Virus record (IMG/VR): IMGVR_UViG_3300031825_000353
Length of the DNA: 64,000 nucleotides
Reading direction: 5' to 3' (one strand)
DNA from: a virus
Every line of letters begins with the position of its first letter. Positions within the stretch are counted from its first letter, which is position 1. This document shows positions 8,330-18,378 of this stretch, piece after piece. Under the pieces are notes generated by a model, which had not been told where the DNA came from, searched no databases, and saw nothing but the letters and a program-made list of their open reading frames with translations. Made by a program: the position numbers and the translations under genes.

Positions 8330-9384
8330 ACGGGGGCGCAATCAAAAGAGACGGTGCCGGCGCTCAGCCAATTGGCCGGACGCCCGAGCTGCTGCTTGGG
8401 CTGGATGTAGCCCCTGCGGAGGGGCACCACCCGGGCGCCGGAAGGCCAGGCCCTGGTGGTTTGCGATCCGAGCTGGACCGCACCGTCCACCAGCCCAGCA
8501 ATCCGGAAAGCCTCCCAGGCATCGAAAGCGGACCAGAGAAGCACCATCCCGCCCACCTCGAAGGAGGGGCGAAGCGAGGTGTCAGCGATGAGGGTGGTGG
8601 ATCCGATGGCATGTTCCCCCACGAGAAGGGTGGACTCTGGCCAGATCGGAACGCCGAACTGGCGGGCCTGCCACTCGTAGAGGAGCGCTTCCATGCTGGC
8701 GGTTTCGAGGGGGGTGGTGGTCAGCACCCGGAAGGAGACGCTGTGGCGTGGGCGGGTTCGGAGTGACCGCCGCTGCTCCGAATCGTCGTAACCGGGGAAG
8801 ATCTCGGTCAGCCATGACTTCCGGACCCTGAAGGGGTCGGACCAATCGGGCCGATGAGGAAACACGGTGATGCGGGTACCCATCACCGTCAGGTCGGCGC
8901 CGGTCACCCCGGGAAAGGCCCAGGTGGCCAGGGCCAGGATGGTGGCATCGCCCTGGCTGGGGAGGTTGCCCATGTAGGTCTGGGACTGGCCAGGCCCATA
9001 GGTCATCGCCGCTGGGCCCGCCATGGAGAGGTTGCCAGATCCCGTGATGGGAATCTCGGTCAGCACCTTCGCGGTGGCCTGGAATGCATTCCAGACTTCG
9101 ACCTGGAACGTGGTGTCGGAGAGGATGAACCCCACGTCCTTCCTGCGTGGGATGACGAGCACCCTCTCGAACAGGACTTTCCCGAACAGACCGTGGGTGG
9201 TGGCTGCGATGCCCCAGTGGGAGGTGGACACAGAGGGTGGTGGTCCGGGTATGGGGGCGAGCGCCGCGGACTCGCGAGTACACACGAGCCCCGGCACCCC
9301 GACCTGGGCCCCCAAGTCCACACTGATGCTGGGCACCGACATCTGCCGGGCATCTGGCGCGAAGTAGCCGATGAGGACAGACAT
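8326..9384 (-). CDS. Tail structural protein (start ATG 9384)
   Basis: PHRPDWSDP...WLTEIFPGYDDSEQRRSLRTRPR motif typical of D3112-like tail tips. Confidence 0.78.
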   Translation of the reverse strand: MSVLIGYFAPDARQMSVPSISVDLGAQVGVPGLVCTRESAALAPIPGPPPSVSTSHWGIAATTHGLFGKVLFERVLVIPRRKDVGFILSDTTFQVEVWNAFQATAKVLTEIPITGSGNLSMAGPAAMTYGPGQSQTYMGNLPSQGDATILALATWAFPGVTGADLTVMGTRITVFPHRPDWSDPFRVRKSWLTEIFPGYDDSEQRRSLRTRPRHSVSFRVLTTTPLETASMEALLYEWQARQFGVPIWPESTLLVGEHAIGSTTLIADTSLRPSFEVGGMVLLWSAFDAWEAFRIAGLVDGAVQLGSQTTRAWPSGARVVPLRRGYIQPKQQLGRPANWLSAGTVSFDCAPV

Positions 9385-9386
9385 CG

Positions 9387-10376
9387 CTAGGCGAACTTCT
9401 GAACCATGAAATTCGGGAAGCAAAGGAAATTTTGCGACCCGATTTGATAAACAGAGTTGGATGCGAACCCAAAGGATGTTGCATTTGACGCAAAAATATT
9501 GGGTAGATCTCCGAGCAGGCTGTAGCCGGAACCATCGCGCTGCGCAAAGATTCGCATCGGGAGAAGGTTCGCTTGGGCATTCATGAGGGAAACTTGTCTT
9601 CCCGAGAAATATATATAGCTAGGAATTTCCGAAGGCATAGACCCGTATTCATTATCAATTCCAGTGACGATCAACTTCCCGGTGTAACCATAGCCATAAA
9701 AGGAAAGGGTATTAGGACCACAAGCAAGCCATTTATCCGTGAACCCATCCACGTCAGCACGAACAAAGAGGGTTGGGCAACCCCCGCCATCACCAAACTG
9801 CCCGGGGACGCGAGCGGTCACATCCGGTGTACCCGCGCCCCAGACCGACAGGGTTTCACCACCGTAAAACCCGCTGAGGGCCGCGAAGAAATAGGCACCG
9901 CCTGTCCACGCCCCAGCCTTCTCAATCGCCGCCCCCCACCCCATGTGGGTGAAAATATTTGGGGTGCGTTCGATGACGACAGTGATGTGGTCGGAACCAT
10001 CATCCAGGAAGTGGTAGGCCGTCATGTTACCCACAGGGGTCTGCATGAATGCCCCCACGATGTAGGTCTGCCCCGCACCGATCGGACCACCCGCCTGAGC
10101 GTTCCACGCACTGGTAGACAGGTACCCGGTGCCGACATAGAGGCCGATGCCGATGTAGGTGGTGGTTCGGCTGGAGCCGCCGGTGAAGATGGTCTCATTG
10201 CCGTGGGTGGCCCGGAGATTGACGTAGTTCCCACCCTTGGAAAGATGCGCACGCCATCCGTTCCCGTCGATTTGCGAGAGGTGGCTCGTCCATCCTTGGG
10301 TGACGGCCCAGGTGACCAGCTTCTGCAGAAGGTCGGTTGGGCTTGAGGCAGTCCCGGTCTGGTGTGAAGCGGCCAT
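9387..10376 (-). CDS. Virion structural protein after tape measure (start ATG 10376)
   Basis: MAASHQTGTASSPTDLL N-terminus paralogous to next gene; RBS GGGGG. Confidence 0.78.
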   Translation of the reverse strand: MAASHQTGTASSPTDLLQKLVTWAVTQGWTSHLSQIDGNGWRAHLSKGGNYVNLRATHGNETIFTGGSSRTTTYIGIGLYVGTGYLSTSAWNAQAGGPIGAGQTYIVGAFMQTPVGNMTAYHFLDDGSDHITVVIERTPNIFTHMGWGAAIEKAGAWTGGAYFFAALSGFYGGETLSVWGAGTPDVTARVPGQFGDGGGCPTLFVRADVDGFTDKWLACGPNTLSFYGYGYTGKLIVTGIDNEYGSMPSEIPSYIYFSGRQVSLMNAQANLLPMRIFAQRDGSGYSLLGDLPNIFASNATSFGFASNSVYQIGSQNFLCFPNFMVQKFA

Positions 10377-10384
10377 GCTACCCC

Positions 10385-11536
10385 CTAATCCATGCGAATA
10401 GCGAAGTAATCGGTTTTCGAATTGCGGAAGACGTTCTGGACCACCAGCCAGGTGTCCCGCCCGATGGTCATCGTGTTTTCCGTGGCGTTGGAGTAGCCGG
10501 TCGTCGCCCACACACCATCGAATCGGCCGAAGACATTGGGGGCCGATTCGGTGAGGACAATCGGGAGTACGGGATAGGACCCATCCAGATTTGGCCGCAG
10601 GTCCCCCATGGAGTTGGCATAGGGCCAAATGGACCCGGTGGACACGCTGTACCCACTGGCCGTAAATCCCCTCCAGAGCCCGTCTGGTCGGCGCAGCCTC
10701 AACTGAGATCGGTCGTTCGGCTGATCGGCCCAGGCCTTGGCAAAGGCAGAGTGGCTGCTGGTGGCATTCGAATATGACCAGGAGATGGACCCCGCCGCAG
10801 GCTCAACATCGAAGGCCATGGACCCGCCCACGACCAGCGGGTAGCTCCACTGGCCGGGGCTCGCGTAGGTCTCGAGGAACCCGAGGTAGGCCGATTCGTA
10901 GTTGGTGGAGATCTTGGCCACCACCACGACGCGCCGGCCGTTGGCCATGAACCAGTAGGGGATGGCGGCATTCCAGAGCGGCAGCACCGGGCCCATGAGT
11001 GTGGTGGAATTCACGATGGATCCGGCCTGCTGGCCGAAGGCCACGCCCGCTGCATAGCCGGTGAAACCACCGAGCTGCCAGTTGTAGTACCCGATGGAAT
11101 CCGTGAAGGTCTTCGCGCCGACATAGATCTGATCGGTGTTCGCATTCCCGGGGGCCATCCAGATGTATTCGCTTCCGGCCACCCCCCGCTTCTGCACCCA
11201 GGGCACGGTCATGACGAAGCTGATGGTGTCTCCGTTCGCCCAGGCGGTGCCTCCGGCTGCGACGGTGAAGGCCACCTTGGCATGGCTGAAGGCGGTGCCT
11301 ACCGTGCCGGTGCCCATGGCGCCCGTCACGGAGCCGGACACACCGAAGGCCGTGGCGCTCGTGAAGGTGAGGGTGATGGTCTCCTGGATGCTGGCGGCGG
11401 TCCCAATCAAGCTGGTGATGGTGCCCGTACCCACACCCGTGTAGGCCGGGGTCAGGGCGTGGCCCTTGAGCAGGAAGGTGTCGAGCTTGTCCAGCAGGTC
11501 GGTGTAGCTGGTGGCCGTGCCTTGCTCGAAACTCAT
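10385..11536 (-). CDS. Virion structural protein after tape measure
   Basis: MSFEQGTATSYTDLLDKL; PYWFMANGRRVVVVAK..YESAYLG motif; RBS GGAGG. Confidence 0.82.
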   Translation of the reverse strand: MSFEQGTATSYTDLLDKLDTFLLKGHALTPAYTGVGTGTITSLIGTAASIQETITLTFTSATAFGVSGSVTGAMGTGTVGTAFSHAKVAFTVAAGGTAWANGDTISFVMTVPWVQKRGVAGSEYIWMAPGNANTDQIYVGAKTFTDSIGYYNWQLGGFTGYAAGVAFGQQAGSIVNSTTLMGPVLPLWNAAIPYWFMANGRRVVVVAKISTNYESAYLGFLETYASPGQWSYPLVVGGSMAFDVEPAAGSISWSYSNATSSHSAFAKAWADQPNDRSQLRLRRPDGLWRGFTASGYSVSTGSIWPYANSMGDLRPNLDGSYPVLPIVLTESAPNVFGRFDGVWATTGYSNATENTMTIGRDTWLVVQNVFRNSKTDYFAIRMD

Positions 11537-11537
11537 G

Positions 11538-14396
11538 TCACCTCCCGAGGGCGCGGTTGAACTTCTTGGAGTTGGCGGTGGTCTGCTTGAGGAGCACCTT
11601 CGCGCCCTCGGGCGAATCGAGTGCCCGGAGGATCAGGCCGTCATCCAGGCCGATCTGCATGCTGTGGCTGAAGTCGCCCCGCACGGGGATGGGCTGGAGG
11701 GTGGGCGCGATGGGGCCGCCTTCCGCGTAGCCGCGGACGAAGCCCTTGGGCAGGCGCAGGCCGTTCAGGGCGGCGAGGGTGTCGAGTCCGTAGTGGCGCA
11801 CGGCGGCGGCGCGCACCATGAACTCGCCGGCGCTGGCCATGATGGGGATGCTGTCGCTGGTGGAGGAGCCGGGGCCGTAGATCGGGCCGCCTTCCGCGAA
11901 GCCCATGGCGCCCGCAGCGGCCTGGGCCACCTTCATGGCGGCGAGCTTCACGATGGCCTGCGCGATGGTGAAGCCCAGGGCCTTCATCTTGTCGGTGAGG
12001 GAGGAGGTCTTGTCGAGCAGGGTCTCGAGGAAGTTGGCGAAGCCGTCGATGAAGGCGTCCCGGGCGGCGTCCTTGAAGTCCTTCAGCTGGTCCTTCATGT
12101 TGGCCAGCTTGATTTTCATGCCGTCGAGGTCCTGCAACTGCTTCTCGGCGGCCTGGACCAGGGCCGGGTCGCCCACGGCCTGGGCGGCCTGGAGCTGGAG
12201 GAGGGCGGCCTCCTGGATGACGGGGATCCATTTTTCATAGGCCTGGGTCCGCAGGTCCACGGCCTGGGCCTCGGAGATCAGGTTCGCCTGGCGCTTCTGG
12301 TCGACGCTGGTGAGATCCATCTCCAGGCCGGTCTGGGCGTACTGGACCTGCCGCCCGGCCTGGTCGTTGTTGGCCTTGCCGATGGCGGTGTCGCGGAGCC
12401 CCTCGAGGGCCTTCTTGGCCTGGGGGCTCTTGGCCTGGCGGATGCGCTCCTCATACTCGGCCTGGATGGCCTTGATGGAGGCGGCAGCGGTCCGGCCCTT
12501 GGCCTGCTCCAGATCGCCTTCGAGCTTGATGGCATCCAGGGTGGCCGCCTTGCGGAGGTCATCCCCGGTGCGCTCCAGCGCCTGGAGCTTCAGCTCGGCG
12601 TCAGCCTGCTTGGCTTTGATCTGGGAGGAGAGGTCGGCCAGCTTCTGGAGGCTGGCAGCCTTCTCGGCCGGCGTCTTCAGGGTGCCCTGGATGGACTGCT
12701 CGGCGGCGATCTGAGCCTGGAGGGAGGCGACTTCGAGATCGGCCTGGGCCTTGATGGCCGTTTCCCGCCCGCGGAGATAGGTCTCCAGGTCGATCAGGCC
12801 TTCCTTGTAGAAGGCCTCGTTCAGGGCCGTGAACTCGTCCAGGGCCTGCTTCTGGGCCTCGGCGCCCCGCTTCGCGGCGGCGACCATGGCCGCGGCCTGG
12901 GCCTTCACGAGGGATTCATCCGTGGCAGTCAGGGACTTCTTATCATCCTGCTTCTTGGGCGCGACTCCGGGCTTGGAGATCCCGAGCGCCGCCTCAAGCG
13001 CGGCGACCGTCTCGTTCGCCACTCGCAGCTTTTCTTGGAGGGCAGGGAGGACATCCACCGCAGCGAACTCGGTGGCGCCTCCCTCTCCCTTCACTTCGGG
13101 CAGCGGGCCGGCCTTCTTGGCGGCCTCCACCGTCGCGGATAGCCGGTCGCGGTCGGCTCGGATCTGGGCGAGTTGGGTTTCCAGGGCCTTCTTCTGGGCG
13201 ACATCCAGGGCCCGCATGGCCTCGGCCTTGTCGTTGATGCCCTTGGTCTCGTCCTTCAGGATCTGCTGGTAGGCCGGGCTGATCTCGATGAGCTTGTCTT
13301 CGATTTCTTTCAGCGCCTTCGAATGCTTGGCGGCCTCGCGCTTATTCGACCCGGCCTTCTCCAGGGCCTGGGCTTCCTTCTGATATTGGTCCACCAGCTT
13401 ATCGCCGTTCTGGATCATCCGCCCCTTGGCGGAGATGTCCTGGAGGTCCCTTTTGTGAGCCTCCTCCTGGGCCGCCTGGAGGGAGATGAGACCGGCCACC
13501 AGGGCCGAGATGGCCACCACGGCCAGCCCGATGGGGCCAAGCCCCGCGATGGCTCCGTAGAGGGCACGGACGGCGACGGTCGCGGCGGTTGCCGCACTGC
13601 CGATCACAAGGAAGGTCCCGCTGAAGGCCTTGGCGCCCGCCGGCATCCCCGCCAGGGCTGCCACCAGGCCATCCACGGCCTTGGTGAGCCCGGGCAGCAT
13701 GGTGCCGGCCACCTGGACGGTGACGCCCTGGGCGGCCATTTCCAGGCGCTTCATGCTGTCGTTGAAGTCCTGGGCGGCCCGGGCGGTGTCGCCGCTGATG
13801 ACGAGACCCAGCTCCTGCAGCTTCTTCTTCGCGTTCTCGAAGCCGCCGTTGGCCAGGTCGTTCATGAGGGGGATGAGGTTCGCGCCAGACTTGCCGAAGA
13901 GCGCCATCATCACCGCGGCCTTGCCGGCCCCGTCGGCGTACTGGGACTGGGCGTTGGCCACCTTCAGGATGATCTGGTCGAGGCCAAGCCCCGCGAGATC
14001 CTGGGCGCTGAGGCCGATGCGCTTGAAGGCGTCGGCCGCGGCGGCATCGCCCTTGTTCAGGGCGTCGAGGGTCTTGCTCAGCTTGGCGAAGCCCTTGCCC
14101 AGATCCTCCTGGGAGACATCGGCCTGCTGGGACATGTAGGTGAAGACGCTCAGCTGCTCGACGGCGATGCCGGTCTTCTGGCTCAGCTTGCCCAGCTGGT
14201 CGGCAGCCTCCAGGGCGTGGGCGGCGAAGGCGGCGATCTGCTGCGCCGCGAAGAGCGTACCCAGGGCGCCCAGGGTATCGCCGGCTTCCTTTCCGGCCCC
14301 GCTGGTCTTCCGGGTCTGGTCCTCCACCTTCTTGAGGGCCCCGATGACCTCCTGGATGCCCTCGGCCGAGAGCCTGACCTTCAGCACATCAGACAC
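11538..14396 (-). CDS. Tail tape measure protein
   Basis: 952 aa Ala/Leu/Lys/Gln-rich helical; C-terminal FAEGGPIYGPGSSTSDSIP...GEFMVRAAAV. Confidence 0.92.
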   Translation of the reverse strand: MSDVLKVRLSAEGIQEVIGALKKVEDQTRKTSGAGKEAGDTLGALGTLFAAQQIAAFAAHALEAADQLGKLSQKTGIAVEQLSVFTYMSQQADVSQEDLGKGFAKLSKTLDALNKGDAAAADAFKRIGLSAQDLAGLGLDQIILKVANAQSQYADGAGKAAVMMALFGKSGANLIPLMNDLANGGFENAKKKLQELGLVISGDTARAAQDFNDSMKRLEMAAQGVTVQVAGTMLPGLTKAVDGLVAALAGMPAGAKAFSGTFLVIGSAATAATVAVRALYGAIAGLGPIGLAVVAISALVAGLISLQAAQEEAHKRDLQDISAKGRMIQNGDKLVDQYQKEAQALEKAGSNKREAAKHSKALKEIEDKLIEISPAYQQILKDETKGINDKAEAMRALDVAQKKALETQLAQIRADRDRLSATVEAAKKAGPLPEVKGEGGATEFAAVDVLPALQEKLRVANETVAALEAALGISKPGVAPKKQDDKKSLTATDESLVKAQAAAMVAAAKRGAEAQKQALDEFTALNEAFYKEGLIDLETYLRGRETAIKAQADLEVASLQAQIAAEQSIQGTLKTPAEKAASLQKLADLSSQIKAKQADAELKLQALERTGDDLRKAATLDAIKLEGDLEQAKGRTAAASIKAIQAEYEERIRQAKSPQAKKALEGLRDTAIGKANNDQAGRQVQYAQTGLEMDLTSVDQKRQANLISEAQAVDLRTQAYEKWIPVIQEAALLQLQAAQAVGDPALVQAAEKQLQDLDGMKIKLANMKDQLKDFKDAARDAFIDGFANFLETLLDKTSSLTDKMKALGFTIAQAIVKLAAMKVAQAAAGAMGFAEGGPIYGPGSSTSDSIPIMASAGEFMVRAAAVRHYGLDTLAALNGLRLPKGFVRGYAEGGPIAPTLQPIPVRGDFSHSMQIGLDDGLILRALDSPEGAKVLLKQTTANSKKFNRALGR

Positions 14397-14934
14397 GGCG
14401 CAGCTCCCGGGTGGCCTTCTGGACGGAGGCGGAATCGGCCATGGAGAAGCTGGCCGAGGTGATGTCGCGGGCGAGTTGCTCGCGCTCCTGGCGGATCGAC
14501 TCCTCCAGGAAGGCGCGCAGCTGGCTGAGTGTGAGTTCCTGGATGGACTCCCAGGAGTGGCCGAAGCTGATCAGGCGCTGGGTGATGGAGGCCCAGGTGA
14601 GGTCGTCGCCTTCGGCGCCGCCGCCCTTGTCTGGGTCCCACAGGTCCCGGTTGATGGCGAGGGCAAAGCTGGCAAGCTTTTCGAACTCGGGTTCGGCCAG
14701 GGCCTCGACCCAGGCTCGGGGCTTCCCGCTGGCGCCCTCCAGGAGATCCATGAATGCGTCCCAGCCATCAGCCGGGACGGTGAGGCCTGCCGATACGACC
14801 ATGGCCCCCCAGCCTTGCATGGCGCGATCCACCAGGGGCAGCTCGCGGAACACGACCGGGCGGACATACAGCCGCTCCCCACCCACCCGGAGAGGGAGGG
14901 TGGGGAACAGGCTGGTCAGGGAGCCATCGGCCAC
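14389..14934 (-). CDS. Tail assembly chaperone (GTG start 14934)
   Basis: Lies between tail tube and tape measure; TWASITQRLISFGHSWESIQELTLSQLRAFL C-terminal motif. Confidence 0.75.
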   Translation of the reverse strand: MADGSLTSLFPTLPLRVGGERLYVRPVVFRELPLVDRAMQGWGAMVVSAGLTVPADGWDAFMDLLEGASGKPRAWVEALAEPEFEKLASFALAINRDLWDPDKGGGAEGDDLTWASITQRLISFGHSWESIQELTLSQLRAFLEESIRQEREQLARDITSASFSMADSASVQKATRELRRV

Positions 14935-14936
14935 GG

Positions 14937-15713
14937 CTACTTCACGTTGTAGACGGCGCCGAACTGGCCAAGGGTGGCGTTCGAGGGCCTGAGGTCGTCC
15001 ATGAGGACGGAGCCCTCGATGGGGAACTTGGCGTAGTCGTCGGTGATGAGGTCGAGCTGCTTGGCCGGATCGATCAGCACCTTGTAGAGGTCGATGAGCA
15101 CGGGGTTGTTGCTGTCGGCCGTGTTCAGGCCCTCGATGAAGAAGTAGTAGGGGACGGAACCCTGGGTGAAGAGGCCCATCTCGGTGGTGGCGCCGGGGGT
15201 GTAGTCGGCCTTCAGGGGGCCGACGAAGGGGCCGCCCGTGGTGAGATCCAGGATCTCGATGGCGCCGGCGGTGGCATTCAGCCGGTAGTTGGTGCCCGCC
15301 ACGAGGGTCTTGGGAGTGCCGGTGCTGTCCTTGATGGTGACGGCGGTGGCGGCCCGCTTGGTGAACCGGAGGAGGTCGCCCACGGCCAGGGTGCTGACAC
15401 CCCCACCCAGGACTTCCCCAGTGATGGCGCCGCCGGCCGCGACAGTGGCGATGGTGGCGCGGAAGCAGAGCTGCAGGTTCTCCTTCTGGATGGATTCCAG
15501 GGTGAGGGAGAGGCTGGCCTTCTTCTCGGTGTCCATGCGGGCATCGGTGAGGTTCTGGCCGGACCAGCTTTCCTTGTGCTCGATGGTGGTGAGCTCGAGG
15601 CCGACCTTGGCCTCGGGGCAGTTGCCGACCCAGCGCAGATTCTGGGGGTTCCCGTTGGCATCGCGGGTTCCCATCCAGACCTTGCCCTGGCCGCGGTAGA
15701 GAATGGTGGCCAT
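14937..15713 (-). CDS. Major tail (tube) protein
   Basis: YRGQGKVWMG...LRWVGNC...IEHKES N-terminal motif; position. Confidence 0.88.
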   Translation of the reverse strand: MATILYRGQGKVWMGTRDANGNPQNLRWVGNCPEAKVGLELTTIEHKESWSGQNLTDARMDTEKKASLSLTLESIQKENLQLCFRATIATVAAGGAITGEVLGGGVSTLAVGDLLRFTKRAATAVTIKDSTGTPKTLVAGTNYRLNATAGAIEILDLTTGGPFVGPLKADYTPGATTEMGLFTQGSVPYYFFIEGLNTADSNNPVLIDLYKVLIDPAKQLDLITDDYAKFPIEGSVLMDDLRPSNATLGQFGAVYNVK

Positions 15714-15729
15714 GGTGGGCCTCCTTCAA

Positions 15730-16185
15730 TCAGAAGGGCTGCGACGGATCTGCAGCCTGGTGGCGGTAGGTGATGAGGTAGTGGAGATCCAGGTCGCCGA
15801 AGGGCGCCTGGGCGAGGTTGAAGCCCCAGACCTTCTGGATGGGCTCGATGCGCAGGCAGAGGCCGCCGAGGGATTCATCGGCGATGAGCTGCTGATGGGT
15901 CCACAGCCACACGGGATCGAGGGTCTGGTCGACGGGTTCAGAGGCTGTACCCGTCACCCAGAGGACGATCTTGGCGATGAACTTCTGCTCGGCGATGGAT
16001 CCCTTGCGCTCGAACCCTGCCTCCAAGGGGTAGATGGAACCCCAACGAGGGCTGGTCGGCGCCACGCTGCGCATGCGGCTGCGGTCGAACCCCAGGCCCT
16101 CGGGCTTCGCCACCGGGCCGAGGGCAGGCCCGTTCAGGCGGGTCTTGATCTCTTCCAGGATGAGCTGCTCGCGGGAGAGGGTCAT
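15730..16185 (-). CDS. Tail terminator-like protein
   Basis: SREQLILEEIKTRL N-terminus, size and position before tail tube. Confidence 0.65.
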   Translation of the reverse strand: MTLSREQLILEEIKTRLNGPALGPVAKPEGLGFDRSRMRSVAPTSPRWGSIYPLEAGFERKGSIAEQKFIAKIVLWVTGTASEPVDQTLDPVWLWTHQQLIADESLGGLCLRIEPIQKVWGFNLAQAPFGDLDLHYLITYRHQAADPSQPF

Positions 16186-16478
16186 GCGGTCTCCAGGAGG
16201 ACGACGGCTTCGAGGCCATCACCTTTGCGGCGCGGGTTGGTGGAGACGGTGTACGCCACGCCATCGCAGGTGATGGAGCTGTCGGGGCCGAGGCCCGGCA
16301 GGTCGGGGTAGGGGTAGGTCAGGGAAATGCCCTCCACATCCATCTGCGCCTGGCCCTCGGGCCCCCACCCCCGGCCCTCGAAATCGAGGATGCCGGGGGT
16401 GGTGAAGGTGCCGAAGACGACCGCGACAGCCCCAGGCATGGAGGCGAGGCTGGCGCGGAAGTCGTCGAGGGAGGACAC
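16182..16478 (-). CDS. Head-tail joining protein (gpFII-like)
   Basis: 98 aa beta-rich, ...ITCDGVAYTVSTNPRRKGDGLEAVVLL. Confidence 0.7.
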   Translation of the reverse strand: MSSLDDFRASLASMPGAVAVVFGTFTTPGILDFEGRGWGPEGQAQMDVEGISLTYPYPDLPGLGPDSSITCDGVAYTVSTNPRRKGDGLEAVVLLETA

Positions 16479-16481
16479 GGG

Positions 16482-16949
16482 TCAGGCCTTGAGCTGGTCG
16501 AGTTCGGCCTGCTCGACCTCGGTGCGCTCGGGGTTGGCCTCGAGCTCGGCGATGCGTTCGGCCTTGGCCTGGGCATCCTTCTCGGCCTGCTCCTGCTCGG
16601 CGAGCATCTCGTCCTGGCGGGCTTTGATGATCTCGATGAGCTTGAGCTTGCCGGTGTTCGGGTGGAACTTGGCCTCCAGGGTGGTGGCCATGGCGCGGAG
16701 CTGTTCGATGTCCAGGTCTTCCAGGGCCTCGGGTTCCTCCACCTCGTCGAGGCAGTGGGCGATGGTCTTGGGGATGGGCAGGTCGTGGCTGAAGGTCTCG
16801 CCGGCCTTGAACTGGACCGGGGCCAGGATCTCAAAGAGCCCGCCGCCCAGATCGGCCAGGGCGGAGCCGCAGCGGGAGGCCTGGGCCTGGTCGAGTCCCA
16901 GCTTGCCCTGGCCGATGGTGACGGTGGACTTGGCGGTGTAGGTCTTCAT
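16482..16949 (-). CDS. Hypothetical head-associated protein with HeH/Rho-N-like helix pair
   Basis: LEDLDIEQLRAMA...KLKLIEII; strong RBS GGAGG. Confidence 0.6.
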   Translation of the reverse strand: MKTYTAKSTVTIGQGKLGLDQAQASRCGSALADLGGGLFEILAPVQFKAGETFSHDLPIPKTIAHCLDEVEEPEALEDLDIEQLRAMATTLEAKFHPNTGKLKLIEIIKARQDEMLAEQEQAEKDAQAKAERIAELEANPERTEVEQAELDQLKA

Positions 16950-16958
16950 GGATCCTCC

Positions 16959-16995
16959 AGAAGGAGGGGGGTGGCTTGCGCGGCCCCCTCCTTCT
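16959..16995 (-). terminator. Hairpin after major capsid gene (attenuator/terminator-like)
   Basis: Perfect 12-bp inverted repeat AGAAGGAGGGGG / CCCCCTCCTTCT; weak U tract. Confidence 0.6.
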
Positions 16996-17012
16996 CGAAA
17001 ACGGCGGGCGGC

Positions 17013-17954
17013 CTAGGTCAACTTCACCAGCTGGCAGCAGCGCCACTGGTTGAGGCCGGTGTTGTAGGAGGCGTCGATGGCGAAGAGCCACCGCTTGTTC
17101 TTCACCTCTTCGTCGGACCCTTCGGCCAGGACGGAGGTGATGGGGTCCTCCTCCACCTGATAGACGAAGGGCTTGACGGCCGCGTCGTCACGGCAGATGC
17201 AGAACTGGTCGGTCCAGGTGAGACGGGGATTCACGATGCCCTGGATCTGGATGCCCATGAGGCTCCCGACGGCGCGCATGTTGGAGCTGCGGGGGCCGCC
17301 ACCTTCGACGATCACATCCGCCTTGAGGGCGGTGGCCAGGGCCCGCATGTGGTTCAAGGGAACCATCACGCTGAAGCTCTTGGCGGAGCCGTTGGTCTTG
17401 CGGCCCTTGTCGTCCACGATGCCGTAGATGTTCTGAATGCCGGTCAGAATGGCCGTTTCCATTTCGGCGGCGGTGGGCGCGGTGGGAAGGGCGATGTCCA
17501 CCGTGGTGATGTTGGACTGGACGGGGCTCTCGCCTTCCTGGTGGTCGGTGTCGAAGAAGTACTGGCCGTCGTAGCACACCGTCGCGGGAGCGGTGTCGAT
17601 GGTGGCGCTGATCAGCTCGAACTTGTGGTCCGCCGCGGATTCGCCCATCTCCCCGATCTTCATGCGGATCTGGCTGGTGTGGTCACGCTTGAGCCAGCGG
17701 GTGGGGATCTCCAGGGAGGCCTCGAATTCGAGGTTGGGGACCCGGAACTCGTTCTGGCCAAGGGTGGCCGGCTTGCGGCCGCCCTTCCAGGGGCGCATGC
17801 GGGGGGCGCTGCCCAGCCAGGTGTAGACCTCGGAATCCTTGTCGGAGTTCACCCGGTTGCAGAGCATGTCGAACCACGGCGCCGGGGGGGTATCGAGGGC
17901 CTTGACGATGAGGGGGATGATGTCCCGGGACTGCAGGCGATCGGTGAAAGGCAT
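17013..17954 (-). CDS. Major capsid protein, Mu gpT family
   Basis: SEVYTWLGSAPRMRPWKG...FRVPNLEFEASLEIP...CYDGQYFFDTDH. Confidence 0.9.
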   Translation of the reverse strand: MPFTDRLQSRDIIPLIVKALDTPPAPWFDMLCNRVNSDKDSEVYTWLGSAPRMRPWKGGRKPATLGQNEFRVPNLEFEASLEIPTRWLKRDHTSQIRMKIGEMGESAADHKFELISATIDTAPATVCYDGQYFFDTDHQEGESPVQSNITTVDIALPTAPTAAEMETAILTGIQNIYGIVDDKGRKTNGSAKSFSVMVPLNHMRALATALKADVIVEGGGPRSSNMRAVGSLMGIQIQGIVNPRLTWTDQFCICRDDAAVKPFVYQVEEDPITSVLAEGSDEEVKNKRWLFAIDASYNTGLNQWRCCQLVKLT

Positions 17955-17964
17955 GGGTGGCTCC

Positions 17965-18375
17965 TCAGATGCCGGCGGCCCAGAATTCGACGATGTGCTT
18001 GCCGGTGGCCACGTCGTAGCCGCCGATCTTGCCCATCAGGGAATTGCTGGTCGAAACGAGGGTGAGGGTGTCATCGGCGCTGGCGTAGACGCTGGTGCCG
18101 AGGGCGGTGGACGCGGTGGCGGTGGCGACGGTGTCGAGGACCCGGCCCTCGCGCTTGACCTGGACATCCTTGGCGGCAGCGGCGCCGCCGGTGTTGTCGG
18201 AGCTGTCCTGCGCGACGCCGGCGAACTTGTCGGTGGCGACCAGCGCCCGGAAGGTGTTGGTGCCGGAGACCTGGCCGATGTAGGTGTGCCGGAAGACCTT
18301 CGCGCCGGCAGCGAGGGGGAGGTGGGCGTAGTCGCCGATCTCGAACTGGAGGAAGCGGTCCTTGGTGGCAGCCAT
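17965..18375 (-). CDS. Capsid cement/decoration protein (DUF2190-like)
   Basis: PLAAGAKVF...FAGVAQ...VQVKREG; just before capsid gene. Confidence 0.72.
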   Translation of the reverse strand: MAATKDRFLQFEIGDYAHLPLAAGAKVFRHTYIGQVSGTNTFRALVATDKFAGVAQDSSDNTGGAAAAKDVQVKREGRVLDTVATATASTALGTSVYASADDTLTLVSTSNSLMGKIGGYDVATGKHIVEFWAAGI

Positions 18376-18378
18376 GGA

